64,000 bases of DNA from an uncultured bacterium (GTDB lineage Bacteria > Bacillota_I > Bacilli_A > RFN20 > CAG-826). A program made the translations under genes and the position numbers. Positions within the stretch are counted from its first letter, which is position 1. Each line of letters begins with the position of its first letter. The stretch spans positions 163,884 through 227,883 of the forward strand of contig CASFSS010000018.1 in assembly GCA_949297445.1 (NCBI GenBank). Direction: 5' to 3'. A model generated the notes under the pieces. That model was not told where the DNA came from. It was given only the letters and a program-made list of their open reading frames with translations, and did no database searches. Shown one piece after another: positions 47,701 through 57,006 of the stretch.

Positions 47701-47815
47701 GCCTTATGTAAAAGTTGGTGTTGTTTGTTTTGTTACTTCATTTGTTGTCTTAAGTGGCGCTTCGGTTGCCATTTATATGTATAACAAAAAGAAAAAAACT
47801 AAGTTAATGAAGTAA
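44780..47815 (+). CDS. yfhO: YfhO-family GT-C membrane glycosyltransferase-like protein (1011 aa)
   Basis: About 13 N-terminal TM helices are followed by a large extracytoplasmic domain and a final C-terminal TM. Architecture and length fit YfhO. Confidence 0.55.
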   Translation: MELVFITHKKFYREYVYPKLGFLRNIHSFFYYVLFLILVGFLFFGFALAKSYFSTPFTGDYSQQGIPFAYNFYDTWWTAFYNFNFPNWDMNVFLGADSIEANTFYGLFSPFTFVTLLFPRELIPQVIAMCSIARMVIGGLFFRIYLKYLGTQETTARIFSVAYAFFGWTAYHLWFNSFYEVATFFPLILFGIEKVLREKQIWAVSLGFFLLGISNYFFFLTAGIFGVFYAGFRFFQTYKTRTNKENLAVFGLGVLGFATGILMSGVVTIPAIIASFNIARYEDSTYWSDIVNAFKLKQFDEAFNLIFLYWGGDNYGYRAFYSIASFFFPTISDRFVNIVRDQYFDNYGSSIFIFTPGIILFFASMWISMKERKISHFIAIGVLTIALFIPFFYYLCGAMSIGYGRWEIVVAISALTYVAISFDKRHMVPRAVIVVAGLLSSAIMIGSYFYAMWLDMYYTRIESYSEIVILVVYQVVLTLVTTGLLTGFWKHKKLQSVLLTILTFEITVMGTLVANIHGTTNYMYSLEGGYINVPVETKIIQEIAAKDDSFYRIQSTRAYTSNDNIMMVENYNGVSTFHSFYNVETDDFQRMSHILKGDNTWIGSGYEKRINLDAFLGVKFYILKDSDYTYSYTADGENYSVKFTPNVPLGYTRIDDDAIDDGYSVYENEHYIDFALSYDVLYYKHNCANSYYNAFHTSTNHISSTLRNEEAYFKGAILDDEDVGEISRLYPNAFSLEEAPTREMAIASVTRTYYYVEESFNPLNPDKYLESGQVISSGDISKYEASDLYIVLEPRTGDSFPMSPNGMYYIISYRITSESAATIYLIGEDENGNSKVVVYDNLHNNDSDGTKYLRAFYPTEEIKKIIICPSSEAIDLSAQLYYEDIDTTFARIDGAKEYGVSNVEQGVDYFSFDSSYDSIRYIITQIAYGEGWKIKATDENGNVYYPKTYNSQGGFVGFVTPTIGLIHYEMTYETPYVKVGVVCFVTSFVVLSGASVAIYMYNKKKKTKLMK

Positions 47816-47823
47816 ATTATTTT

Positions 47824-48678
47824 TTAGTTAGTGTGATAAATTTTATAAATGTAATTTTTGTTTAATTTTGTCGTTTTGGCGACTTGCTTAATTGCGTCTT
47901 TGGTAGAAACACCCATTTCCATCATTTGGTTGACCATCAAGCGAATTGTTTCGCCATCTAATTGAGGCTGCATTTCATCATTGTAGCCTTCGACCAAGAT
48001 GACAAATTCACCTTTGGTTGGTAAATTTTCCATAGTTACCAGTTCATCTAAATTTCCCCGAATGTATTCTTCGTGTTTTTTGGTCAGTTCGCGGGCGATG
48101 CACGCTTTGCGCGCTCCAAACACTTTATTCAAAGTTTCTAAGGTCTTTAATAAGCGGTGGGGAGCTTCATAAAATATCAGAGTTTCTTTTCGTTTAAATA
48201 ATTCTCTTAATTCATTTATTTTGCTTTTTTCTTTTACTTCTAAAAAGCCATGAAAATAAAATCTAGAAGAGTCTAACCCGGAGGCTACCAAGGCGTTTAA
48301 AAAGGCACTAGGTCCTGATATGGTTGATACATTGATGTCGTTTGTAAGAGCTGTTTCAACCAAAATTTGTCCTGGATCAGAAATGCATGGATAGCCAGCA
48401 TCTGAAACATAAGCAACATTTTTACCATTTTGAATAATTTCATTGATTATTTTCTTTGATAGGGCAACTTCGTTGTGCTTTTCCATATATAATAGCGGCT
48501 TTTCAATTTTGTATTTATTGAGTAATCTAGCAGTGACTCGTGTGTCTTCACAAACGATTAAATCGACACTAGAAAGAACTTCAATCGTTCTAAAAGAAAC
48601 TTCTTTTAAATTGCCGATTGGAGTGGCCACTAAATACAATATTGGTTGTTTGTTGGCAAAATTTAAACTACGCTTCAT
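47824..48678 (-). CDS. rsmI: 16S rRNA (cytidine1402-2'-O)-methyltransferase
   Basis: N-terminal LYLVATPIGNL and CEDTR motifs of the tetrapyrrole-methylase fold. Confidence 0.9.
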   Translation of the reverse strand: MKRSLNFANKQPILYLVATPIGNLKEVSFRTIEVLSSVDLIVCEDTRVTARLLNKYKIEKPLLYMEKHNEVALSKKIINEIIQNGKNVAYVSDAGYPCISDPGQILVETALTNDINVSTISGPSAFLNALVASGLDSSRFYFHGFLEVKEKSKINELRELFKRKETLIFYEAPHRLLKTLETLNKVFGARKACIARELTKKHEEYIRGNLDELVTMENLPTKGEFVILVEGYNDEMQPQLDGETIRLMVNQMMEMGVSTKDAIKQVAKTTKLNKNYIYKIYHTN

Positions 48679-49505
48679 TTATTTTCTTTCTTTTTAACTG
48701 CTTTATTTAAATCATTAAATTCGTCTAGGGAAAGAATTTTCACTTCCTCTTCTCCGACAAGTTTAATTTCTTTTGAAAAAAGATTAATTGAATCTACTTT
48801 GAATTTTATTTCATCGATTGTGATATTTTCACCTATGCGTGGGAATTGTTTCTTTAGTTCGTTATACGCTTCATCCTCATAAGTGAGGCAGCACATTAAT
48901 TTGCCACAAGGACCGCTTAATTTAGGAATATTCAAAGATAACATTTGATTTTTTGCCCTATTAATAGAGATGGTTTCCATCTCACTTAAAAAAGTTGCAC
49001 AGCATAAAGGCAATCCACAAACTCCTATTCCTCCGGTCATTTTTGATTTATCGCGTGGACCGATTTGTTTGAGTTCAATGCGGCAGCGGAAACGGTAGGC
49101 CAATTGTTTGACCAATTCGCGAAAGTCTATTCTCTCGTCGGCTACAAAAGTAAATGTTACTTTGGTGCCATCTAGCGAAAAAGTTGCCCCTAATAACCGC
49201 ATATCTAAATTTAAGGCTTTGACATCTTTTTTAGCTATTTCTAATGCTTCAATACTTTTTTTGCGGTTTTCGTTTTGAATTAATAAATCATCAGCATCCG
49301 CGACACGTATGATTGGTTTTAATTCGAAAGGATGTTTATATGATTCAATAGGCAGCGGTGTAAAGGCGACTGTCCCTATTTCTAAACCACGAGTTGTTTC
49401 AACAACAACTTGATTTCCTTGGCGAAGATTTTCATCATCGGTAGCAAAAAAATAATTGAAAGCATTGTTGTCAAATTTTACTCCGACATAAAATCTTTCA
49501 TCCAT
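48675..49505 (-). CDS. ricT: PSP1-domain protein YaaT/RicT
   Basis: Cys-rich segment GVCGLPLCC...GPCGKLMCC. It lies downstream of holB as in Bacillus. Confidence 0.85.
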   Translation of the reverse strand: MDERFYVGVKFDNNAFNYFFATDDENLRQGNQVVVETTRGLEIGTVAFTPLPIESYKHPFELKPIIRVADADDLLIQNENRKKSIEALEIAKKDVKALNLDMRLLGATFSLDGTKVTFTFVADERIDFRELVKQLAYRFRCRIELKQIGPRDKSKMTGGIGVCGLPLCCATFLSEMETISINRAKNQMLSLNIPKLSGPCGKLMCCLTYEDEAYNELKKQFPRIGENITIDEIKFKVDSINLFSKEIKLVGEEEVKILSLDEFNDLNKAVKKKENK

Positions 49506-49513
49506 TTTTTTTC

Positions 49514-50491
49514 TTACTCCTCAATAATTTTATACGCTATATAATCGAGCAATAGCGGTATATTGACATTTACATCAAGCATGCTCCTGGCGCTTACAAT
49601 GGTAAGCAGAGAACTATCGACATGCTTTAGTTGTTTAGATAGTTCATCTAATATTTTATCATAACTAGATAATTGGGACACACCGTTCATTATTTTCGCT
49701 AGGAGATTTTCAAATATTTCAGCGAGCAAATCGACAAATAATCTTATTTGTTCATAATTACGAATCGAGGTGGAAACAACCTTCTGCATGTAATAAACTG
49801 CATCATCTTTGTCATCAATTAAATAGTCTAAAAAATCATCTACAATCGATTTGGTATTTTTATATAATTCATCATTAGCGATATTAGCTATTGTTAAGCC
49901 GTCATTATGGAATGCGCTCAATAGTTCGGCATCCATCAATGGAACATCAACATTTAACGCGTCTTCTATTATGTCTTTACGAGGCACTGGCAAAAAGTGC
50001 AACACTTGAGTGCGCGAGATAATTGTTGGCAAGAGCTTTGCTTCATTTTCCGTCGTTAAAAAGGCGTAAACATTTTCGCCCGGTTCTTCTAAAAATTTAA
50101 GCAAACTGTTTAAGGCAATCGGCGTCGTATTTTCTACAAGATTTAATATATAAATCATTTTGCCTTTATTTTCGATAGAAGTTTTGTCAAAACTGTTTTC
50201 AATTTGCTCGATGTCGCCTTTTTTGATTTTCCCTTTTTTGCCATCAACGATAATTAAGTCGGTATAATTGCCTTCGTCAACACGTAAACAAGTAAGACAG
50301 GTTTGGCAAGCGAGCGGATTAGGGTTATCGCACAGTAAAGTTTTTGCTAAATATATAGCTACATCGAGTAAGGGCATGCCTGGCGAGCCACAAAGCAGAT
50401 AGGCATGAGAAAGTTTATTTTTAGTTAACGCATTAGAAAATGTTTGATAGACTGCCGGCTGATATTTTTTTAAATAGGTAGCAATTTCCAC
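49514..50491 (-). CDS. holB: DNA polymerase III delta-prime subunit
   Basis: HAYLLCGSPG Walker-A-like motif and Zn-module Cys CQTCLTC. It follows tmk. Confidence 0.9.
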   Translation of the reverse strand: MEIATYLKKYQPAVYQTFSNALTKNKLSHAYLLCGSPGMPLLDVAIYLAKTLLCDNPNPLACQTCLTCLRVDEGNYTDLIIVDGKKGKIKKGDIEQIENSFDKTSIENKGKMIYILNLVENTTPIALNSLLKFLEEPGENVYAFLTTENEAKLLPTIISRTQVLHFLPVPRKDIIEDALNVDVPLMDAELLSAFHNDGLTIANIANDELYKNTKSIVDDFLDYLIDDKDDAVYYMQKVVSTSIRNYEQIRLFVDLLAEIFENLLAKIMNGVSQLSSYDKILDELSKQLKHVDSSLLTIVSARSMLDVNVNIPLLLDYIAYKIIEE

Positions 50492-50494
50492 TTT

Positions 50495-51109
50495 TTATAA
50501 TACGCTTTCAACAATTTTGTATGTGTCTTCAATAACCTCATTTAATGATTTAGTTGCGTCTACTAGTCGATATCTATTTGGATATTTTTTCGCTAATTCA
50601 AGAAAAGTTTCGTGGACTTTGCGGTGAAATTCGAGTTTTTCTAAATCTAAACGGTTGACTTCGCGACTAGAATTTTTAGCGATTCGTTCAAGCCCTAGTT
50701 CTGGTTCAATGTCAAAATAAAGAGTTAAATCAGGAAAGAATCCTTCCGTTGCGTGCATGTTGATATCTAATATTTTTTGGATACCAATTCCGCGCCCACC
50801 CCCTTGGTACGCTAATGAAGAATCTAAGAAGCGATCCGATAAAACGATTGTTCCTTTTTCAATTGCTGGCCATACTTTTTCCACCAAGTGTTGTCTTCGG
50901 CTAGCGGCATATAACAGTGCCTCGGTAATACAATCCATGTTGGTATTTTTTCTATCTAAAATGACATTACGTATTTCTTCAGCGATTGGCGTACCGCCAG
51001 GTTCTCGTGTCAAAATAACATCTTTGCCTTCTTTTAAAAGGCGATTATAAATTTCTTTTGCAACGGTGGATTTGCCACTACCCTCTGGACCTTCAAAAGT
51101 AATGAACAT
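50495..51109 (-). CDS. tmk: Thymidylate kinase
   Basis: P-loop FEGPEGSGKST and the DRF motif. Confidence 0.95.
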   Translation of the reverse strand: MFITFEGPEGSGKSTVAKEIYNRLLKEGKDVILTREPGGTPIAEEIRNVILDRKNTNMDCITEALLYAASRRQHLVEKVWPAIEKGTIVLSDRFLDSSLAYQGGGRGIGIQKILDINMHATEGFFPDLTLYFDIEPELGLERIAKNSSREVNRLDLEKLEFHRKVHETFLELAKKYPNRYRLVDATKSLNEVIEDTYKIVESVL

Positions 51110-51112
51110 AAA

Positions 51113-51724
51113 TTATTCCTCCTCGATTTTGTTGCGACCTTCAATGGCTTTTGCTAACGTCAATGAATCGGCATACTCTAATGTGCCGCCCATAGGAAGA
51201 CCATATGCTAAACGTGTTATTTTTATATTATACGGTTGTAACAATTTAGCAATATAAATAGCGGTAATATCACCTTCAATAGTTGGGTTCATCGCCAAAA
51301 TGACTTCTTCGACGCCATTTTCTTCAATACGTTTTTGTAAAGACACAAAATTTAAATCTTCGATATTGATTCCTTGAATCGGTGAAATTACCCCATGGAG
51401 GACATGATAAGTAGCATCGAGAGTTTTTAATTTTTCAAATGGTATAACATCGCGCGGATAAGAAACAACAATAATTTTTTGCTTATTACGTGTGTTATCT
51501 CGACATATGTCGCACACATCGTCATTTTCGGTATAAAGTCCACATACATTGCAGCGATGGATTTTATTTTTTACATCTAGCAAGGCATCCGAAAACGTTT
51601 TAACAAATTCGTTGTCTTCATCTAGTATTGCATAAGCCATACGCTCGGCAGATTTGCTACCTATTCCCGGAAGACGTTTAAAACATTCGGTTAATTTTTG
51701 TAAAGACTTTAGATTTTCTTCCAT
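51113..51724 (-). CDS. recR: Recombination protein RecR
   Basis: HhH motif LPGIGSKSAERMA, a C4 zinc finger (CNVCG..CDIC) and a Toprim domain. Confidence 0.95.
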   Translation of the reverse strand: MEENLKSLQKLTECFKRLPGIGSKSAERMAYAILDEDNEFVKTFSDALLDVKNKIHRCNVCGLYTENDDVCDICRDNTRNKQKIIVVSYPRDVIPFEKLKTLDATYHVLHGVISPIQGINIEDLNFVSLQKRIEENGVEEVILAMNPTIEGDITAIYIAKLLQPYNIKITRLAYGLPMGGTLEYADSLTLAKAIEGRNKIEEE

Positions 51725-52023
51725 TAGAATAGACCGCCTGCTCTACCTGTTATGCGTTCTTGCAAAGCATTCTCTTTGTTTTTAATTTCGACAAGACCTT
51801 CGTTGATGGCCATGGCAATCATTTCCTCAACCATCTCTTTATTTTCTTTTTCGAAAGCATCATCATCGATATGGACGGCTTTAATAGTTTTATCGCCAAG
51901 TATTGTTACGGTGATAGCCCCACCTTTACTAATTACAAATTCTTCTTTGGCCAATTCATCCATAGCTTTTCTTAATTCGCGTTGCATTTTTTGTGCTTGC
52001 ATCATCATTTGTTGAATGTTCAT
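51724..52023 (-). CDS. ybaB: Nucleoid-associated protein YbaB/EbfC
   Basis: 99 aa with MMQAQKMQ and a GLF C-terminus. It lies between dnaX and recR. Confidence 0.9.
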   Translation of the reverse strand: MNIQQMMMQAQKMQRELRKAMDELAKEEFVISKGGAITVTILGDKTIKAVHIDDDAFEKENKEMVEEMIAMAINEGLVEIKNKENALQERITGRAGGLF

Positions 52024-52028
52024 ATTTA

Positions 52029-53861
52029 TTACCTCTTAATTTTATTAATATCTAATTTGATAGTAGCGGCATCGGGCAATTGATTGATTTGCCGTAAGTT
52101 GAAGAAGACCTTTCGTAAACGGACAGACTCGCTTCGAGAAATAGCATAGACGGCAACCTGTCGTTTGAGCATTTTCTTAACTAGCATTGATAAAGAAGTT
52201 TGGTTGGCCGGGATATTGACGCGATCAGCTAGTTTAGCAAAGTCATAAACCAAGACCAAAATTTCTTTTGACAAAATAAATGGGCTTCCGTCTTTTAATA
52301 AGGCGGCAATTTCACCGATATTAGGATCGCTGATTAGACGGTCTAAATCATACCATTTTTCTTCTAACGTCTGCCGTTCAAGTTTATTGGCTTTTACCAT
52401 TATGCCAATGATATCTTGATCGTCTAAATGATTTTTTTCGCCATCAACGTTTTTGTTGATTGTAAGCTTGTCGGTATTTGTATCGTCTTCAAAAAGCCAA
52501 TCAGGAGCACTATTCTGCTTTTGCTCATTGTCTGTCGGTTTAGGATTATCATCTTTTTCTTCAATGAAAGTAGTGACAGTAACTTCTTCAGCGGCAACTT
52601 CTTCAGGTACTTTTATGTCATCTATTTTTGCTTCGCTTAAGTTATCTTGCTTTGTTTCTTTTATGATGTTAGGAGAACTGGTTTTCACAACATTTTCAGT
52701 TATTTTGGTTTCGTCAATATTTTTCTCCTCTAAAGTGTAGTTTTGTTTAGAAAAGGTGGTTTTTGCGGGTTTTTCTATTACTGTTTCCTCGTTAGTGCAT
52801 AGTCTAATGGTCACTAATTCTAGAAGAGTTCTTATATTAGAAACGCTTCTTAATTGCCCCTGCATTTTCAAAAATTGTTCAACCAAAGTATTGCACTCTT
52901 TTATCGTCAATTCTTGCGAGACCATTTGAGCTTCTTTTTCGCTTAAAGTTGTTAGCAATTCTTCATCGTGATTTTTACTATAAATGAGAATATCTTTCAA
53001 AATTTCGAGTAAGTCAGAAACGAGTCTTTTTAAATCTACTCCGCCCTCAACGAACGATTGAATTTTAGATAAGGCAAGAACGATGTCGTCATTATGTATT
53101 GCTAATAAAAAATCGATTTTTTCTTTTTTAGAAGCAAGCCCAAAAAGCATATAGACATCTTCCTCAATCAATGACTGATTCGAATAGGCTAAAATTTGGT
53201 CTAGCATTGATAATGCGTCGCGCAACCCACCATCAGCCAATGTAGTTATAGCTTTTACAGCTTCTTTTTCATAGGTGACATTTTCTTTTTCTAATATTTC
53301 ACACAATTTTGCATAGATATCTTCTTCGGCCACTTTTGTAAAGTCGTATCGTTGGCAGCGAGAAACAATTGTTGGCAAGATGTTATGAGGCTCAGTGGTG
53401 GCTAAAACAAATATTACATGGGATGGTGGTTCTTCAAGCGTTTTTAAAAGCGCATTGAATGCGTTATCACTCATATTATGAACCTCATCGATAATATATA
53501 CTTTATATTTGCCTTTAATAGGCAAATAATTAACTTTTTCAATTAAGTCACGAACCTGATCAATACCATTATTACTTGCAGCATCAATCTCAATAACATC
53601 AGGGTGAATGCCTTCGTCTATTTCAAGACAATTGGAACAATGATTGCATTGATGACCCATTCCCTCGCTACAATTAAGAGCTTTAGCGAGCAAACGCGCC
53701 ATAGTAGTTTTGCCAGTTCCACGAGGGCCGCAAAAAAGATATGCATGAGCGATTTTGTTTGTTTTTAATGCGTTCTCAAGCGTTTTAACGATTGGCTGTT
53801 GACCAGCGACTTCAGCAAATGTGCGCGGTCGATAAGTCCTATATAATGCCTTGTATGCCAT
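52029..53861 (-). CDS. dnaX: DNA polymerase III subunit gamma/tau
   Basis: AAA+ Walker A GPRGTGKTT, Zn module CNHCSNC, and the SRC motif. Confidence 0.95.
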   Translation of the reverse strand: MAYKALYRTYRPRTFAEVAGQQPIVKTLENALKTNKIAHAYLFCGPRGTGKTTMARLLAKALNCSEGMGHQCNHCSNCLEIDEGIHPDVIEIDAASNNGIDQVRDLIEKVNYLPIKGKYKVYIIDEVHNMSDNAFNALLKTLEEPPSHVIFVLATTEPHNILPTIVSRCQRYDFTKVAEEDIYAKLCEILEKENVTYEKEAVKAITTLADGGLRDALSMLDQILAYSNQSLIEEDVYMLFGLASKKEKIDFLLAIHNDDIVLALSKIQSFVEGGVDLKRLVSDLLEILKDILIYSKNHDEELLTTLSEKEAQMVSQELTIKECNTLVEQFLKMQGQLRSVSNIRTLLELVTIRLCTNEETVIEKPAKTTFSKQNYTLEEKNIDETKITENVVKTSSPNIIKETKQDNLSEAKIDDIKVPEEVAAEEVTVTTFIEEKDDNPKPTDNEQKQNSAPDWLFEDDTNTDKLTINKNVDGEKNHLDDQDIIGIMVKANKLERQTLEEKWYDLDRLISDPNIGEIAALLKDGSPFILSKEILVLVYDFAKLADRVNIPANQTSLSMLVKKMLKRQVAVYAISRSESVRLRKVFFNLRQINQLPDAATIKLDINKIKR

Positions 53862-54017
53862 AAATTTAATACCTAGAAAAAATTATACATTTTTTATGTC
53901 TTTATAAAAAGAGCGAAAGCAAGAACTTTTAGAGGTAATAAAAAAATAACGCGAACAAATAATCGAACGACACACAATTTATAAATTATGCTAATATTAC
54001 TACATATGGAAAATAGT

Positions 54018-55079
54018 ATGTTATCGCGCCTCCAGGCGACGAAAAATCGTTTAGAAGAAATCGAAAAAGAATTATTGGATAACTCCATTCTTAACAACTT
54101 GGCGAAATTTAAGGCCTTATCGAAAGAAAAATCAGACTTGGAACCAATTGTTGCTGATTTTGATTTATATACTAAGTGTGAACAAGACTTAAAAGATACA
54201 CTTTTAATGAGCAATGATAGTGATCCCGAAATTGCCGAATTAGCAAAGCACGAGCATCATCGTTTGCTAGGTGAAATGGATAAAATAATTGATCATTTAA
54301 AAGTATTATTATTACCAAAAGACCCTAACGATGAGAAAAACATCATTGTTGAAATACGTGGAGCGGTCGGTGGCGATGAGGCAAACATTTTTGCTGGCGA
54401 TTTATTTAGAATGTATACACGATATGCCGAAAGCAAGGGTTGGCGCATTAAATTGTTAGATGAGAATCCTTCTAGCGCGGGTGGTTTTTCGTTAGTTTCC
54501 TTTTCAATCAAAGGTGAAAATGTATATTCAAAATTAAAATTTGAATCAGGCGGTCATCGCGTTCAACGTGTTCCTAAAACCGAAGCCGGTGGGCGAATAC
54601 ATACATCGGTTGCTACCGTGTTAGTTATGCCGGAAATTGATGCCATTGAGGTCGATTTAAAAATGGACGATATTCAGGTTGACACTTATCGTTCACAAGG
54701 CGCTGGCGGCCAAAACGTAAACAAGACAGAATCCGCTGTTCGAATGACACATATTCCAACCGGAATTGTCGTCTCTTGTCAAACCGAAAAATCGCAAATT
54801 CAAAATCGCGAAATTTGTTTGCAAATGTTGCGCGCTAAAATTTACCAAAAATTGCAAGAAGAGCAGGACGAAAAGGTTGGTAATGAGCGACGCTTAAAAG
54901 TTGGTACTGGTGAGCGAAGCGAAAAGATTCGAACGTATAATTATCCACAAAATCGTGTCACCGATCACCGAATCGGTTATTCCTCACATAATTTAGATAG
55001 AATTATGGAAGGCGAACTTGATGAAATCATCGATGCATTAATTCATTATGATCAAGAATCCAAGATGGTTATGGAATGA
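54018..55079 (+). CDS. prfA: Peptide chain release factor 1
   Basis: GGQ motif ([11 protein letters not shown]) and an RF1-type tripeptide region RVPKTE (PKT in place of PAT). The ATG at 54018 aligns with the usual RF1 N-terminus. Confidence 0.9.
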   Translation: MLSRLQATKNRLEEIEKELLDNSILNNLAKFKALSKEKSDLEPIVADFDLYTKCEQDLKDTLLMSNDSDPEIAELAKHEHHRLLGEMDKIIDHLKVLLLPKDPNDEKNIIVEIRGAVGGDEANIFAGDLFRMYTRYAESKGWRIKLLDENPSSAGGFSLVSFSIKGENVYSKLKFESGGHRVQRVPKTEAGGRIHTSVATVLVMPEIDAIEVDLKMDDIQVDTYRSQGAGGQNVNKTESAVRMTHIPTGIVVSCQTEKSQIQNREICLQMLRAKIYQKLQEEQDEKVGNERRLKVGTGERSEKIRTYNYPQNRVTDHRIGYSSHNLDRIMEGELDEIIDALIHYDQESKMVME

Positions 55080-55924
55080 TGAAACCAACAATTGGTGAAG
55101 TATATAGAAACGCATTAAGAAGCATTAACAATCTTGAGAGTGCAAAATATGATTTGCGCTTGATGCTTTGCAAAATAAATGACATATATCCATACAGTAA
55201 TTTTTTTGTCTATCAAGACCAAGAAATTAGAGATTTGCGGTTATTTACTAGATATTTTATGCGTTATTTGAATAAGGAACCTGTTGAATATATTGTTAAT
55301 GAAGCTATTTTTCTTGGTGAAAAATTTTATGTTGACAAGCGCGTTTTGATACCTCGAGTTGAGACAGAAGAGGTTGTTTTAAAAGCCATTGAAGTCGCAA
55401 AAGAAACATTTAAAGAAAAAACGATTGATGTGCTTGATATGTGCACTGGCAGCGCCATAATGGGCATCACATTTTTAAAACATTATAAAAACGCTAATTT
55501 AACTATTAGTGATATTTCTAAAGACGCTTTAGACGTTGCTAAAATTAATCTATCCAATCATGAAATTAATACGAAAATTGTACAAGGCGATGCCACAAAA
55601 CCATTTTTAGAATCGAAACAAAAATTTGATGTCATTTTAGCAAATCCACCATACATAATTAATGAGCACGAAATTGATGAAAGTGTTAGAAATTTCGAAC
55701 CTTATAATGCGTTGGTTGATACTCATCCACTATATGTTTATGAATCAATTTTTGCACATGCGAAAAGTATGGTAAAAGAAGGTGGGATAATAGTTCTAGA
55801 AATTGGTTATGATACTAAAGATAAATTAGAAGTAATGCTAAAAAAATATTTAGCCAAGTGTAAATGGAATTTTTATTCCGATATAAATCATTGTGATAGA
55901 ATATTGATAGTCTATATTTTATGA
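55076..55924 (+). CDS. prmC: Release-factor glutamine N5-methyltransferase
   Basis: SAM motif DMCTGSA and catalytic NPPY (ILANPPYI). Confidence 0.85.
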   Translation: MMKPTIGEVYRNALRSINNLESAKYDLRLMLCKINDIYPYSNFFVYQDQEIRDLRLFTRYFMRYLNKEPVEYIVNEAIFLGEKFYVDKRVLIPRVETEEVVLKAIEVAKETFKEKTIDVLDMCTGSAIMGITFLKHYKNANLTISDISKDALDVAKINLSNHEINTKIVQGDATKPFLESKQKFDVILANPPYIINEHEIDESVRNFEPYNALVDTHPLYVYESIFAHAKSMVKEGGIIVLEIGYDTKDKLEVMLKKYLAKCKWNFYSDINHCDRILIVYIL

Positions 55925-56541
55925 AAACAGAATTAATTACAGACAAATATCTAAGTGATGCTGCAAAAGCTATAAAAAAAGGTTTTGTGGTCGCTTTTCC
56001 CACTGAAACTGTTTATGGGCTAGGAATTATTTATGATAATTTAGCCGCTTTTAATACTTTAAACACAATTAAACGGCGTCCACCTAACCAACCATATAGT
56101 TTAATGTTGGGATCCATTAATGACATTGAAAAATATGCCATTGTTAACGTTGATGCTAGGAGACTAATTGAGGCTTTTTTACCCGGTGATCTAACAATCA
56201 TATTGAAGGCAAAAGATAATTTGCCTCAATGGTGTGTTAATTCAAAAGACGGAAGTGTTGGAATTCGTGTTCCAGACTATCAAATTGTTACAAAGTTGAT
56301 TAATCTTGTCGGTAAACCTCTTTTGGTACCTTCGGCGAACCGCCATGATTCACCTCCATTGCTTTGTGGCGCGGATGTTTTTAATGAATTTAATGGTGAA
56401 ATTCCATTTGTGGTGGATGGGACAAGCGGATCAATGTTACCATCAACAATCGTGACATTGTGCGACAAGTGTAAAATTCTTAGAATTGGTAATATAACAA
56501 AGGATAAAATAGAAAATGTGTTAAGAAAGGAAATTGATTAG
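55921..56541 (+). CDS. tsaC: L-threonylcarbamoyladenylate synthase (YrdC/Sua5 domain)
   Basis: YrdC fold motifs FPTETVYGLG and the SANRHDSPP-containing region. Confidence 0.8.
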   Translation: MKTELITDKYLSDAAKAIKKGFVVAFPTETVYGLGIIYDNLAAFNTLNTIKRRPPNQPYSLMLGSINDIEKYAIVNVDARRLIEAFLPGDLTIILKAKDNLPQWCVNSKDGSVGIRVPDYQIVTKLINLVGKPLLVPSANRHDSPPLLCGADVFNEFNGEIPFVVDGTSGSMLPSTIVTLCDKCKILRIGNITKDKIENVLRKEID

Positions 56542-56542
56542 T

Positions 56543-56968
56543 ATGAATATTGTTATTGGTAGTGACAATCATGGTTATAAGATAAAGCCCGAAATTATTA
56601 AACATCTCGAAGATAACGGCCATAAAGTAACTGATGTTGGGGCGTATACAAACGAGTCTTGTGACTATCCTTTATATGCCAAAGCAGCCGCTGAAATGGT
56701 CGCATCAAAAGAAGCTGACTTTGGAATTGTTATTTGTTCCAGTGGTGAAGGCGTTATGATGGTAGCCAACAAGGTGAGAGGTGTTCGCTGCGGTTTAGGT
56801 TATAACGACGAGGTTGCTGCATTATTAAGACAGCATAACGACGCCAATATGATTTCTTTCGGTGCAACCTTTATGAGCGTAGAAGATATAATTCGTCGCA
56901 TTGATATTTTTCTTTCAACTGCTTTCGAAGGTGGCAGGCACCAAAGAAGAATAAATCTCTTCGAATAA
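56543..56968 (+). CDS. rpiB: Ribose-5-phosphate isomerase B
   Basis: The RpiB/LacAB family N-terminus MNIVIGSDNHGYKIKP is near-canonical. Confidence 0.85.
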   Translation: MNIVIGSDNHGYKIKPEIIKHLEDNGHKVTDVGAYTNESCDYPLYAKAAAEMVASKEADFGIVICSSGEGVMMVANKVRGVRCGLGYNDEVAALLRQHNDANMISFGATFMSVEDIIRRIDIFLSTAFEGGRHQRRINLFE

Positions 56969-57006
56969 TTTTCTATTTAATCTTGACTAAATTTTAGTTA
57001 GCATTT

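Noticed and set aside
53894-54214. 106-aa minus-strand ORF spanning the dnaX-prfA divergent promoter region and the first 65 codons of prfA
   Set aside because: It overlaps the well-supported RF1 N-terminus and an intergenic promoter region. Its composition is hydrophobic and low-complexity, and there is no RBS.
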